Shown piece by piece: positions 48,898-58,893 of a DNA stretch of 64,000 nucleotides. The DNA lies in contig CAXXNF010000002.1 of NCBI GenBank assembly GCA_963666365.2, forward strand, positions 1,184,001-1,248,000, written 5' to 3'. A program made the translations under genes and the position numbers. Under the pieces are notes generated by a model that saw nothing but the letters and a program-made list of their open reading frames with translations, had not been told where the DNA came from and did no database searches. Position 1 is the first letter of the stretch, and each line of letters starts with the position of its first letter. Origin of the DNA: Syntrophales bacterium. GTDB lineage: Bacteria; Desulfobacterota; Syntrophia; Syntrophales; UBA2210.

Positions 48898-50823
48898 TCA
48901 ATTTAACGCTGCCGTTACCGTAAAGCGCAGCATGTCTCTTGCGCCTCTTTTCTCGGGCTTCTTTGTCTTGATGGAAGCCTTGTCGAAAAGGGGCGATGAC
49001 TGTAGTTTCACTATATAGGCGGCAAGGGTCGAATCCAATGTTTCTGATGCGCCTGACACCAGGCCCTCCATAACAAGCCCCTTCGCACCCTTGTCATCCT
49101 TTCCCCCGGCCTCTCCCCAATCAGCCTTGACACTGACAAGCCTGACCGGCTCGGGAGTAATCCTGGCGATCTCTCCGAAGGCAACAACTCCCACATACCG
49201 CTTTTTGATCTCCTGCATCGCCTCCTGCTCTTTTTTGACCTCCGAAATCATTCTGAGGATCATCGCTTCGTCCACCTGGACGTTCTGAGAGAGCTTTTTT
49301 TCCAGAGCGAAAGCCGATCGCTGTTTTTCATGGACGATGCCGTCGAGGTAAAGGTAATAGCCGAACACCGCCATCATGATCACAAGAAAACCGGCCATGA
49401 TGGACTTGTTCGCCCAATCCAGACGTTTTCTTTTCTCCTTGTCCTCGCTCGTATAAATAAGATTTAATGTCCGCGACATATCGGACAGCGCCACACCGAG
49501 CACAGGAACAAAAGCCGATCGTTCCGATATGTTGCTCGCCGACGTTACTCCACCCACGAACTGATGCGCTGGATCAAGCGGATCGAGCACATCACTGGCA
49601 ATGGCAAGCTGCCCGCCTATGTAATCCACGATGGGCAGATACACATCCATGGCCGTCGACACATAGACGGCGTTGACGCTCTCCCTGCCCATCGTTACCG
49701 AATAATGTTCAAAGGTGCGCTCCACCTGACGCACCAGCCGTTCCAGGGCCGGGTCTATCATATCGAAGACCCCGACTTTGTCCAGCCCGAATCGATCGTA
49801 AAGATCTTCCGCCGGCGGCGCATCCGGGCTGAGGGCGGCGATAAGCTCCCGTGCCTGATCGAGATCCATGGGCGTCTCATCATCGCGGGGCACGGCAACG
49901 ATTTCATTCTCCCTGTCTCCCGTCGGCACATCGAATATTGTCGACGGATTCTCGCCGAATGGGGGCATTTCTATGGTGGGCCTCTGGTTCGACCGCTGCC
50001 GACGCTTTTCTTCGTACTCATCCACCAGCGACTCCACCATGCTGTTGATCCCCGCCTTGATCCCCCGTGTCATCACAAGATTGCCCTTAGAAAAGATATC
50101 GATGCGCGACCAGCTTCTTCCGATATAAAGGGCCGCCACGGTTTTCTCAAAGGCCGGAATCCAGTTCGTACGGAAGAGGTTCTGCAGGGCAAGCGGTGCG
50201 ATCGTCAACCCGTCGAGCGGAAACCCTATCTTTTCAAAAAGCGCGCGCGTATCCTCGACTTCTTTTTTCGGCGTCGTGTAAAAGAGCACTCCGTACTTTT
50301 CTATCCCTTTTTCTATAACTTCGCCCTGCACCTCAAAATCGAAAACAACCTCTTCTTCATTAAAGGCACTTTCCTGCTTTGCCGTCCAGAGCACTACATT
50401 TCTCAGTTCCTTTCTTGCCACCTTTGGAACGCTTATGTTTTGCACCTCAACATTGGCCGCCGACATGAGGGCCCAGAGAGTGATACCCTTTGTCGAACCG
50501 CAGTAGTGTGACAGCTCCGCCTTAAGAAAATCTGCAAACTGCTGTGTGCCCCGTTCGATTCCCTTTTCCAGGGGAATGCGCGTGTAATCCAAAAGCATCC
50601 ACCCTTTGCCAGCCGTTTCGACAATCTTGACAAGGCGAAGCTGGGTGTAGCCGATGTCTATCCCGACAGATACTCCCTTCTGCCTGCCGACGCCGCGCTT
50701 TTTCCTTTCTTTCCTTTTCGACGCCTTTTGGGGAGTTTTTATACCGGGAAACTCATCCTCCTTGCCCCCCCGTATTACGTCGAGCAGTTTCTCCGTGGAG
50801 GTAATTTCCTTTTCCGTAGCCAC
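48898..50823 (-). CDS. PilM-PilN fusion protein
   Basis: VGIDIG actin-like domain, RQVERTFEHY, then LNL, a TM and a PilN-like domain ending SSPLF. Confidence 0.8.
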   Translation of the reverse strand: MATEKEITSTEKLLDVIRGGKEDEFPGIKTPQKASKRKERKKRGVGRQKGVSVGIDIGYTQLRLVKIVETAGKGWMLLDYTRIPLEKGIERGTQQFADFLKAELSHYCGSTKGITLWALMSAANVEVQNISVPKVARKELRNVVLWTAKQESAFNEEEVVFDFEVQGEVIEKGIEKYGVLFYTTPKKEVEDTRALFEKIGFPLDGLTIAPLALQNLFRTNWIPAFEKTVAALYIGRSWSRIDIFSKGNLVMTRGIKAGINSMVESLVDEYEEKRRQRSNQRPTIEMPPFGENPSTIFDVPTGDRENEIVAVPRDDETPMDLDQARELIAALSPDAPPAEDLYDRFGLDKVGVFDMIDPALERLVRQVERTFEHYSVTMGRESVNAVYVSTAMDVYLPIVDYIGGQLAIASDVLDPLDPAHQFVGGVTSASNISERSAFVPVLGVALSDMSRTLNLIYTSEDKEKRKRLDWANKSIMAGFLVIMMAVFGYYLYLDGIVHEKQRSAFALEKKLSQNVQVDEAMILRMISEVKKEQEAMQEIKKRYVGVVAFGEIARITPEPVRLVSVKADWGEAGGKDDKGAKGLVMEGLVSGASETLDSTLAAYIVKLQSSPLFDKASIKTKKPEKRGARDMLRFTVTAALN

Positions 50824-50946
50824 GTGTTACCTCATTCGCCACATATAACGCCATACTATGATCATTCAAAGAACGGGGGCTGTGTTCCCCGCCTCATTCC
50901 CATCACTTTCCGATTCATATCTGTAAGCACTACAGCGTGCGCACAG

Positions 50947-51180
50947 TTATCTGCCACTCGAATTCACCGAAGAGGAGTTTGAATACTCTTGAAGTTCCGC
51001 TCGCGCCTTTTTGAGATACTCGTCGGGAAAATGTTTTATGGTCCGAAGACCATAGTTGATCACAGGAGGCGTTGATATGATTCCCTTACGTATGTAATCC
51101 CGCACCGTTTTCGACGAGACACCCAGTATCCGTGCTGCGTCTATGGTGGTATTGTAGGATTTCCCATTAATGATGATCAT
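50947..51180 (-). CDS. Small MerR/excisionase-like HTH protein
   Basis: DAARILGVSSKTVRDYIRKG. Confidence 0.75.
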   Translation of the reverse strand: MIIINGKSYNTTIDAARILGVSSKTVRDYIRKGIISTPPVINYGLRTIKHFPDEYLKKARAELQEYSNSSSVNSSGR

Positions 51181-51677
51181 AAGCTCTCCTCTTGTTCACA
51201 ATGTTCGTAGGGTACCTATCTACCGCATGGTTCGCACCAATGTCAAGGGTTTTTTTGAACACATGATAGTTCGCGCAGAGCATGGTGGCGCACAGGGAAT
51301 TTCATGACGGGAATGTTTCTGCAGTGAAGCACCCTCTCTGTCTATAAGTATCTGTTGTCAGGTCTTGTAATGCCAGCCCTTATGTGGTAGCGTTATCCTT
51401 AAGCATTTCTGTTGCAGGTTCTCTTTTTTGCTGCCAAGTGCGGATGTTTAGTTATGTGACCCATGCTGTTCTATCTCTTTACCCCGGCAATTAAACATAT
51501 CCTTTGACTCAGTGGTTCACATTTAATTCAATTATATCAGATAACTATGTATCCATGGATATGCATGTGAGCGTGTGCGTTAAACTTATAACAGAGCATA
51601 GCAGATAAACTTTTCTTCGTATTGCGGCGGAGAAATTCAACCATCCCGAAAGGGATATCAGGAAGGAGTCAATAAAC

Positions 51678-52028
51678 ATGAAAAAAGAAATGATGAAACC
51701 GTTTACTTGGGGTGTGGCAGTTGGAGCGATCGTGTTGCTGATAGTTGTTTTCGCCACCGGCTTTGCGGTAACAAAAAGTTCGGCCAATGAACAGGCCGAA
51801 AATATGGTGTCAGAAGCCGTCACAGACAAGCTTGCAACGATATGTGTGGCACAGTTTCAACAGGATCCCGAAAAAGACCAAATGCTTAAGGAATTGCAAG
51901 CGGTCGACAACTGGAAAAGAGATGAATATATTCAGGAACAAGACTTTGCTAAAATAGCGGGTATTAAGGAACTTAGTTCTCGCGTGTACAATGAGTGTGC
52001 AGAGCGCATTCTCGAGGCAAGCAAGTAG
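51678..52028 (+). CDS. Hypothetical membrane-anchored protein
   Basis: AAGGAG RBS, single TM, two cysteines. Confidence 0.7.
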   Translation: MKKEMMKPFTWGVAVGAIVLLIVVFATGFAVTKSSANEQAENMVSEAVTDKLATICVAQFQQDPEKDQMLKELQAVDNWKRDEYIQEQDFAKIAGIKELSSRVYNECAERILEASK

Positions 52029-52044
52029 CGAGTAAGGAGTAAGG

Positions 52045-52172
52045 AGGGACACTTCCCTATTTTACGAAGTCATCCTGTTTTGACGGATACGTCATTGGTT
52101 TTATATATGAACACCTCAATTGAGCGATATGGCACGAACATTGAGAAAACCAGAAAATAGGGAAGTGTCCCT
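52045..52172. repeat. REP-doublet element, 19-bp perfect inverted arms
   Basis: AGGGACACTTCCCTATTTT / AAAATAGGGAAGTGTCCCT. Confidence 0.85.
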
Positions 52173-53907
52173 CTCCGCAAAGGATGTTGCGGATATTCTC
52201 GACGAAATCGGCGTGATGCTTGAGATCTCCGGCGAGAATCTTTTCAAGTCACGGGCCTACTACTCGGCAGCCCGCGCACTCACCTCTCTCGATGAAGGCC
52301 TTGACACCCTGATAGAGGAGCACCGCCTTTCATCCGTCCCGGGCATCGGCACTGCCCTCACCCAAAAAATTACCGAACTGGTCACTACCGGAAAGCTGGC
52401 CTATTACGACAGATTAAAGGAGTCGATACCCCGGGGCCTTATTGAAATGCTGAAAATTCCGGGGCTGGGGCCGAAAAAAATCAATATGCTTCATAAGGCC
52501 TTGTCCATTGAAACGATCGGAGAGCTGGAATACGCCTGCAAGGAACACCGCCTTCAGGATCTGAAAGGATTCGGCAGTAAAACACAGGAAAAAGTTCTCC
52601 AGGGCATCGCACAAATCAGGCACTACCATGAACGCCGCCTCTACGCCGAGGTCATCGGAGAGGCGGAAACCATTCTTTCAAAGGTGCGCAGTCATCAAGA
52701 CGTGATTGCCGCCGAAATCGCCGGTTCTCTGCGACGGTGCATGGAAACGGCAAAGGATATCGATATCCTAGCGGCCACGGAGCACCCGCACGAACTGTCT
52801 CTGTTTCTCGCCTCCCTTCACGGCATTGATCATATAATTGCCCAGGGCGACACAAAGGTCAGCGTTGCCATGGACTCCGGAATCAATGTGGATTTCAGGC
52901 TCGTCACACCCGTTGAATTCCCTTACGCCTTGCACCATTTTACGGGCAGCAAGGAACACAACATCGCCATGCGGGGCAGAGCGAAAACGAAAAATTTAAA
53001 GATGAACGAATACGGGCTGTTCAGTGGAGAGACGCTCCTGCCCTGCCACAGCGAGGAAGACATATTTGAGGCCCTGGGACTTTCGTACATCCCCCCGGAA
53101 CTCCGTGAGGACAGAGGAGAAATCGAGGCCGCCGAGATGGGCACACTGCTCGGCCTGGTCGATGTATCGGATATTCGCGGGCTCCTTCACCTGCACACGC
53201 AGGCAAGCGACGGCGCCGATTCCATTGAAGCGCTGATTCATGCGGCCCGGGACATGGGAATTGACTACATCGGCATCAGTGACCACAGTAAATCGGCCGC
53301 CTACGCCGGAGGCCTGAGCGAAGATGCGATCAGAGCGCAGCATGATGAGATAGATTTTCTGAACGAGCGCTACGGCAAGCCCTACGTATTAAAAGGGATA
53401 GAATCCGATATTCTTCCCGATGGAAGCCTGGACTACGACGACGTCACTCTTGAAACCTTCGACTTCGTGATTGCCGCCGTCCACTCCCATTTCCGCATGT
53501 CCGAAGAAGAGATGACCCTTCGCATCATCCACGCCATGGATAATCCGGCAACGACTATCCTCGCCCACCCCACAGGCCGTCTGCTCCTGGCTCGGGAACC
53601 GTACCGCCTTTCCATGGAGCAGATACTTTCCCATGCCGCCGAAAGGGGAACAATCATCGAACTCAACGCCAATCCGCACCGGCTTGATCTGGACTGGCGA
53701 TGGTGCCGGCATGCAAAGGATCTGGGCGTGAAAATCGCCATCAATCCCGATGCCCATACCGTCAAAGGCCTCGGCCATATCCGCTTCGGCGTCAATATCG
53801 CGCGCAAGGGATGGCTCAGCCCCTCCGACTGCATCAACTGCCTGGGACTGGCGGAAATAAAGAAGGTGTTAAAAAACAGGGACACTTCCCTATTTAAAAC
53901 GCGTTAG
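52165..53907 (+). CDS. polX: DNA polymerase X / PHP-domain exonuclease
   Basis: GENLFKSRAY, AGSLRR..KDIDIL, FTGSKEHN, LHLHT..SDG, AHPTGR, INPDAH; start uncertain (52129 ATG or 52165 GTG). Confidence 0.93.
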   Translation: MSLSAKDVADILDEIGVMLEISGENLFKSRAYYSAARALTSLDEGLDTLIEEHRLSSVPGIGTALTQKITELVTTGKLAYYDRLKESIPRGLIEMLKIPGLGPKKINMLHKALSIETIGELEYACKEHRLQDLKGFGSKTQEKVLQGIAQIRHYHERRLYAEVIGEAETILSKVRSHQDVIAAEIAGSLRRCMETAKDIDILAATEHPHELSLFLASLHGIDHIIAQGDTKVSVAMDSGINVDFRLVTPVEFPYALHHFTGSKEHNIAMRGRAKTKNLKMNEYGLFSGETLLPCHSEEDIFEALGLSYIPPELREDRGEIEAAEMGTLLGLVDVSDIRGLLHLHTQASDGADSIEALIHAARDMGIDYIGISDHSKSAAYAGGLSEDAIRAQHDEIDFLNERYGKPYVLKGIESDILPDGSLDYDDVTLETFDFVIAAVHSHFRMSEEEMTLRIIHAMDNPATTILAHPTGRLLLAREPYRLSMEQILSHAAERGTIIELNANPHRLDLDWRWCRHAKDLGVKIAINPDAHTVKGLGHIRFGVNIARKGWLSPSDCINCLGLAEIKKVLKNRDTSLFKTR

Positions 53908-53991
53908 AGCGTTTGGAGTGTTTGAAGCGTTTAGACAACAGCGATCTAAACGTTACTAACGATCTTAACAATTAAATAGGGAAGTGTCCCT
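53878..53991. repeat. REP-doublet element, 20-bp perfect inverted arms with 9-bp internal repeats
   Basis: AGGGACACTTCCCTATTTAA / TTAAATAGGGAAGTGTCCCT. Confidence 0.85.
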
Positions 53992-54145
53992 ATTTCCTAT
54001 TGACAGAACCCCCCCGAACATACTAGCTATTACGCCTGAAGGGGTGGTCGGAGGTATCGGTGGAGTTCCGCACAAAGGGCGCATTCACTGTATCCCCGCA
54101 AATCGACAGCGCAGTATCAAAACCAAAACACGAAAGGAAAAAATC

Positions 54146-55003
54146 ATGGAAATCAAGAAAATCTGTATTCTCGGCGCAGGTCAGATGGGAAGCGGCATTG
54201 CCCAGATATGCGCCCAGGCCGGGTATGAAGTGACAATGAGGGATATCGAACAGCGTTTCATTGACGGCGGCATCAACAACATAAAGAAAAACCTGGCGCG
54301 AAGTCTTGAAAAAGGCAAGATCACCCAGGAAGAAGCCGACGCAACCCTGTCACGCATCAGAGGCGTTCTCGACATGAAAGAAGCCGCCGGCGATGCCGAC
54401 GTGGTGGTGGAAGTGGTTCTCGAAATTCTGGAACTGAAGAAAAAAATATTCAGCGAACTCGAGGAAATCGTACCCGCCCACTGTCTCTTTTTCACCAATA
54501 CCTCGGGCCTCAGCATTACGGAAATGGCGGCGATGACCAAACGGCCGGAACGATTTATCGGCACGCACTTCTTCAGCCCCGTTCCAGTCATGCGTCTTCT
54601 TGAAATCATAAAGGGCTTCGAAACATCGGAAGAAACCCTCGAAATCGCAAAGGCATGGGGCAAAAAAATCGGTAAGGAAATAATAATTGTCAACGAGGCG
54701 CCCGCATTCGCCGTGAATCGGCTCCTTTGCACCATGCTCAACGAGGCATTTTATGCGCTTGCGGAAGGCGTGGCTACCGCGGAAGATCTCGATAAAGGAA
54801 TGGTGCTGGGCTGCAACCACCCGATCGGCCCGCTTGCCCTTTCCGACGCGGTAGGTCTCGATACCCTGCTCCATATCATGGAGGGCCTTCAGAAAGAGCT
54901 TGGCGATAAATACAAACCGGCACCTCTTTTACGGCAGCTTGTGCGTGCGGGACGTTACGGGAAGAAATCCGGCAAGGGCGTCTACGATTACGGCAAAAAA
55001 TAG
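54146..55003 (+). CDS. hbd: 3-hydroxybutyryl/3-hydroxyacyl-CoA dehydrogenase
   Basis: [43 protein letters not shown]. Confidence 0.9.
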   Translation: MEIKKICILGAGQMGSGIAQICAQAGYEVTMRDIEQRFIDGGINNIKKNLARSLEKGKITQEEADATLSRIRGVLDMKEAAGDADVVVEVVLEILELKKKIFSELEEIVPAHCLFFTNTSGLSITEMAAMTKRPERFIGTHFFSPVPVMRLLEIIKGFETSEETLEIAKAWGKKIGKEIIIVNEAPAFAVNRLLCTMLNEAFYALAEGVATAEDLDKGMVLGCNHPIGPLALSDAVGLDTLLHIMEGLQKELGDKYKPAPLLRQLVRAGRYGKKSGKGVYDYGKK

Positions 55004-55114
55004 TGGCGGCGGCGTAAAGACCTCATATGCGGGATCTTTTAATTGACAAAAGCCGCACATACCACCTATATGTAGCAACTGTCCTTCATTGAAATTGAGA
55101 GGAGAAAAAGCACC

Positions 55115-56254
55115 ATGGATTATGAATTGTCAGATGAAATGAAGATGTTGCAGGATATGGCGTACAAGTTTGCCCAGGCTGAAATAGCCCCTGTATCCCA
55201 TGAACATGATCACGAGGAAAAATATACGCCGGAAATAAGGAAAAAAGCAGCGGAAAACGGACTCGTCGGCGCCTGGATACCGGAGGAATACGGCGGCGCC
55301 GGCGTGGGCATACTGGGGAATACCCTCATCGTGGAGCAGATATCGCGCGTCGACATCGGCATAGGCCTGAATATCTACGCGGCATGCTTCGGCCTTGAAG
55401 CGGTCAACGAGTTTGGAAGCGAGGCGCAAAAGAAGACCTACATGCCACCGGTCTGTCAGGGTGAGCATGTCTGGGCCGGCGCCTATACGGAGCCGAACGC
55501 GGGCACCGACGTGGCAGGCTACAAAACGAGGGCCGTCAAGGATGGAAGCGATTACATCATCAACGGCCAGAAGATGTTCATCACCAATGGAACGGTATGC
55601 GATTACATGCTCTGCCAGTGCATCACCAACCCGGAAGAAAAGCGGCACCGTCAATTCAGCCAGATCATCGTGCCGTCAAACGCGCCCGGGGTCACGCGAA
55701 ACAAGATAAAGGGCAAGATGGGTATCCGGGCAAACGATACCGCCGACATATCCCTGGAGGACGTCCGCGTGCCCCAGGAAAATCTGGTTGGCCAGGAAGG
55801 CAGGGGCTTTTACCAGCTCATGACTTTCTTCGACATCACCAGAATCATGGTGGCCGGACAGGCCCTCGGTCTTTCCCAGGGGTGTCTTGATGAAGCGGTT
55901 AAATACGCCAAGGAACGAACCGCCTTCGGGCAGCCCATCGGGAACTTTCAGATTTCCATGCAGAAACTGACGGAAATGGCCATCAGAATCGAGGCGCTGC
56001 GAAATCTGATATACAAGGCGGCCTGGACCGTAGACGAGGGAAAGCCGGACTACACACTGGCGGCAATGGCAAAATATTATGGAGGACAGACGGCGGTATT
56101 CTGTGCCAATGCGGCGGTTGAAATCCACGGCGGCTACGGGTATATCGACGAGTACAAGGTCCAGAAATGGTATCGCGACGCAAAAATTTTAGAGCTCTAT
56201 GAAGGAACCAAGGAAGCCGAAGTCATGACCATCGGCAAGGTTCTTCAATCCTGA
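55115..56254 (+). CDS. Acyl-CoA dehydrogenase
   Basis: YTEPNAGTD, GQKMFITNG, HGGYGY, YRDAKILELYEGT. Confidence 0.95.
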   Translation: MDYELSDEMKMLQDMAYKFAQAEIAPVSHEHDHEEKYTPEIRKKAAENGLVGAWIPEEYGGAGVGILGNTLIVEQISRVDIGIGLNIYAACFGLEAVNEFGSEAQKKTYMPPVCQGEHVWAGAYTEPNAGTDVAGYKTRAVKDGSDYIINGQKMFITNGTVCDYMLCQCITNPEEKRHRQFSQIIVPSNAPGVTRNKIKGKMGIRANDTADISLEDVRVPQENLVGQEGRGFYQLMTFFDITRIMVAGQALGLSQGCLDEAVKYAKERTAFGQPIGNFQISMQKLTEMAIRIEALRNLIYKAAWTVDEGKPDYTLAAMAKYYGGQTAVFCANAAVEIHGGYGYIDEYKVQKWYRDAKILELYEGTKEAEVMTIGKVLQS

Positions 56255-56395
56255 GGTGTAAGGACATAGGATGTCGCGGCTCCTCCCGGGCCGCGACATG
56301 ATTTGCAAGGGGGCGCCCCGCTGAGAGGCATCATTGCAGACCGACCTCCCGAGAGGCGGATAAATAGTTACTTTAACATCCGGAGAGGAAACATT

Positions 56396-56680
56396 ATGGC
56401 CCTGACAAAAGCGGATATCGTGAGAACTCTTCACGCCGATTCCAATTTCTCAAAAGAGCGGTGTACCGAGTTGGTTGAAAGTGTATTTGATCTGGTTAAG
56501 GAAGAACTTGTCTCTGGAAGCCCGGTAATGATTTCCGGTTTTGGTAAGTGGTCGATTCGAGACAAAAACCCTCGCCGTGGGCGTGACCCGCAGACGGGCA
56601 TGGAACTTATGCTGAACTCTCGCAGGGTCGTCACGTTTAAATGCGCCCGCAAATTAAAGGAAAGCATCAATGCCGATTAG
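56396..56680 (+). CDS. ihfA: Integration host factor alpha subunit
   Basis: MALTKADI..ISGFGKW..RRGRDPQTG..RRVVTFK. Confidence 0.85.
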   Translation: MALTKADIVRTLHADSNFSKERCTELVESVFDLVKEELVSGSPVMISGFGKWSIRDKNPRRGRDPQTGMELMLNSRRVVTFKCARKLKESINAD

Positions 56681-56781
56681 ATGCAACTCCCCCCTGCATG
56701 GAGCAGGGCAGCACACTGAATAATTCCCGCTATTAACTTTACTGAGGGTTCACCCATCTATGGGCAAGGGGGGCGGCAGCT

Positions 56782-58878
56782 TTGGGTGTGAACAAAGAAG
56801 CGCTGTTGCGTGACGCATCAGGCATTGCAGAGGCGGACCGTGGAATAGCGCACCGGATTCCTGATTGGCTGTTTCATCACCAGTGCCTGATGGAGAGCAT
56901 CGATACTTCGCACAGGGTGGCACAGAGCAAAGTAATCAACTCTCTCAACCATGCACACTTCACAGGCGCGCCGGCCTATGTCTATTTGAAACATCGCCTT
57001 TATGGAGACGGCATAATCGTGGCCACACGTCCTGATCCCTGTGCCGGTGAAAGAGTGACCTGCCGCTGGGTTGATCGGGAAGCGTCTTCTCTTTCACTTG
57101 ATCAGTATACCTTCGAACATCTTGTGATCATCGGCGAAGGGGCGCCCGTTATTATTCCCGGGGAAGTGGAAGCATTGAACGGCACAAGTCTTACCCTGAA
57201 ACTGCCAGACATAAGTTATACCATCGAACACCGCCGGACAATGCGCCATGCCTGCGGCGGCATCAAGGCCCATATCCTGCAGAGGGGGTTTTCCGCGTCG
57301 GGCGCACTGGTTGATTTCAGTGCGGCAAGCTTTCGGGTCCGCCTCGAAATGGAAGGAATGCTCCCCATCGCCTGGTTCAACAGGGATGCGCCCGCCACCG
57401 TAAGTCTGATAAAGGGAGATCGCATGCTCTTTTCCGGACCCTGCACCTGCACCAGGCAGTCAACGGACAGCATGGATCCGGAACTTGTCTTCAGTCCCGC
57501 CGAGCAGTCAATCACCCGTTTTGGGAACAAGACAATACGCAACCCGCGCCGGGAGATTGAACCGAAAGTACAGGCCGTGTTTGTACATCCCTTTTTCAAG
57601 AAGCAGTACACCCTGGGAATAGGCGATCTTTCCAATTCCGGATTTTCTGTTTTGGAGCGTGCCGCTGATTCGGTTCTCGCTGTCGGACTTATTATTCCTC
57701 GACTGTCACTCAATTTTAGCGGCGCCTTTACGATACACTGCATGGCGCAGGTCATCTACCGCCGGGAGATCGAAGAGGGGAAAATTCGATGCGGCCTTGC
57801 CATACTGGACATGGACCTGCACGACTTCAGCACGCTGAATCAGATTCTCAATTATTCCCAGGATTCAGGATCATTCGTCTCAAACACCGTCGATATGGAT
57901 GCCCTCTGGGAGTTTTTTTTCGACACCGGGTTCATTTACCCACAGAAGTACCGGCATATCTTCTCAAATATCGCCGATTTCAAAGAGATATACCGGAAGC
58001 TTTATCAGGAACACCCCGAAATCGCGAGACATTTTACCTATGAAAAAGAGGGAAAAATTCATGCCCACCTTTCCATGGTGCGTGCCTTCGAACGCACCTG
58101 GCTTATGCAGCACCATGCGGCCCGCCACAGCGAAAGCCGACTCGCAGGGTTTCAGGTGTTGAAGCAGACCGTACTGTTCCTGACTGGCCTGAGCCGTCTT
58201 CCTTCAGGATATATGGACTATGTCATGTGTTATTACCGCCCGGAAAACAGATTTCCCGACCGCCTTTTCGGCGGCTTCGCCCGGGAGGCGGAATCGCCGC
58301 GTGTGTCGTCGCTGGATCTCTTCGCCTATTTTTCTATCCCTGAAGACATCGCCGCCCCTGAACTGCCCGCGGACTGCAAGCTGCACGAAATCACCCCCCT
58401 GGAGATCTGGGAATTCGAACGGTTTTACAACCACCATTCGGGTGGTTTGCTGATCGAGGTGCTCGATCTCGGCTGCAGAAGCCGCAAGAACGGCGAATCC
58501 CTTGAAGACACATCCCGTCGCTTCGGCTTCGAGAGAACCTGGACGACCTATGCACTCCTCCGCCGCGGAGCGCTTACGGCGGTATTTGTGGTAAACCGTT
58601 CGAGTTTCGGCGTCAACCTCTCTCATCTCCTGAACAGCCTTACGGTATTTGTAATGAATGAGGAATTGCCCGGCGACATCATTCACAGTGCTGCCCACAC
58701 CCTTTCCAGAGCATTAAACCTTGACAACGCGCCCCTGCTTGTATATCCATCGGATTATGTGATTCATCACGATATTCCCTGTGAGAAATGCTATCAACTC
58801 TGGATTCTGGATATGAAACGTCATGCATACGATTTCATGAAATATACCCAGGACAGATTTCGTATGAGGTATCGCTGA
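56782..58878 (+). CDS. Tandem PilZ-like domain protein with uncharacterised (possibly GNAT-like) C-terminal half
   Basis: RRTMR..DFSAASF and RNPRR..DLSNSGF PilZ-like motifs; start uncertain. Confidence 0.7.
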   Translation: MGVNKEALLRDASGIAEADRGIAHRIPDWLFHHQCLMESIDTSHRVAQSKVINSLNHAHFTGAPAYVYLKHRLYGDGIIVATRPDPCAGERVTCRWVDREASSLSLDQYTFEHLVIIGEGAPVIIPGEVEALNGTSLTLKLPDISYTIEHRRTMRHACGGIKAHILQRGFSASGALVDFSAASFRVRLEMEGMLPIAWFNRDAPATVSLIKGDRMLFSGPCTCTRQSTDSMDPELVFSPAEQSITRFGNKTIRNPRREIEPKVQAVFVHPFFKKQYTLGIGDLSNSGFSVLERAADSVLAVGLIIPRLSLNFSGAFTIHCMAQVIYRREIEEGKIRCGLAILDMDLHDFSTLNQILNYSQDSGSFVSNTVDMDALWEFFFDTGFIYPQKYRHIFSNIADFKEIYRKLYQEHPEIARHFTYEKEGKIHAHLSMVRAFERTWLMQHHAARHSESRLAGFQVLKQTVLFLTGLSRLPSGYMDYVMCYYRPENRFPDRLFGGFAREAESPRVSSLDLFAYFSIPEDIAAPELPADCKLHEITPLEIWEFERFYNHHSGGLLIEVLDLGCRSRKNGESLEDTSRRFGFERTWTTYALLRRGALTAVFVVNRSSFGVNLSHLLNSLTVFVMNEELPGDIIHSAAHTLSRALNLDNAPLLVYPSDYVIHHDIPCEKCYQLWILDMKRHAYDFMKYTQDRFRMRYR

Positions 58879-58893
58879 CAACGTGCACACATC

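Noticed and set aside
54030..54120. Possible riboswitch in the hbd leader
   Set aside because: G/C-rich but matches no riboswitch consensus I can recognise; would need a covariance-model search
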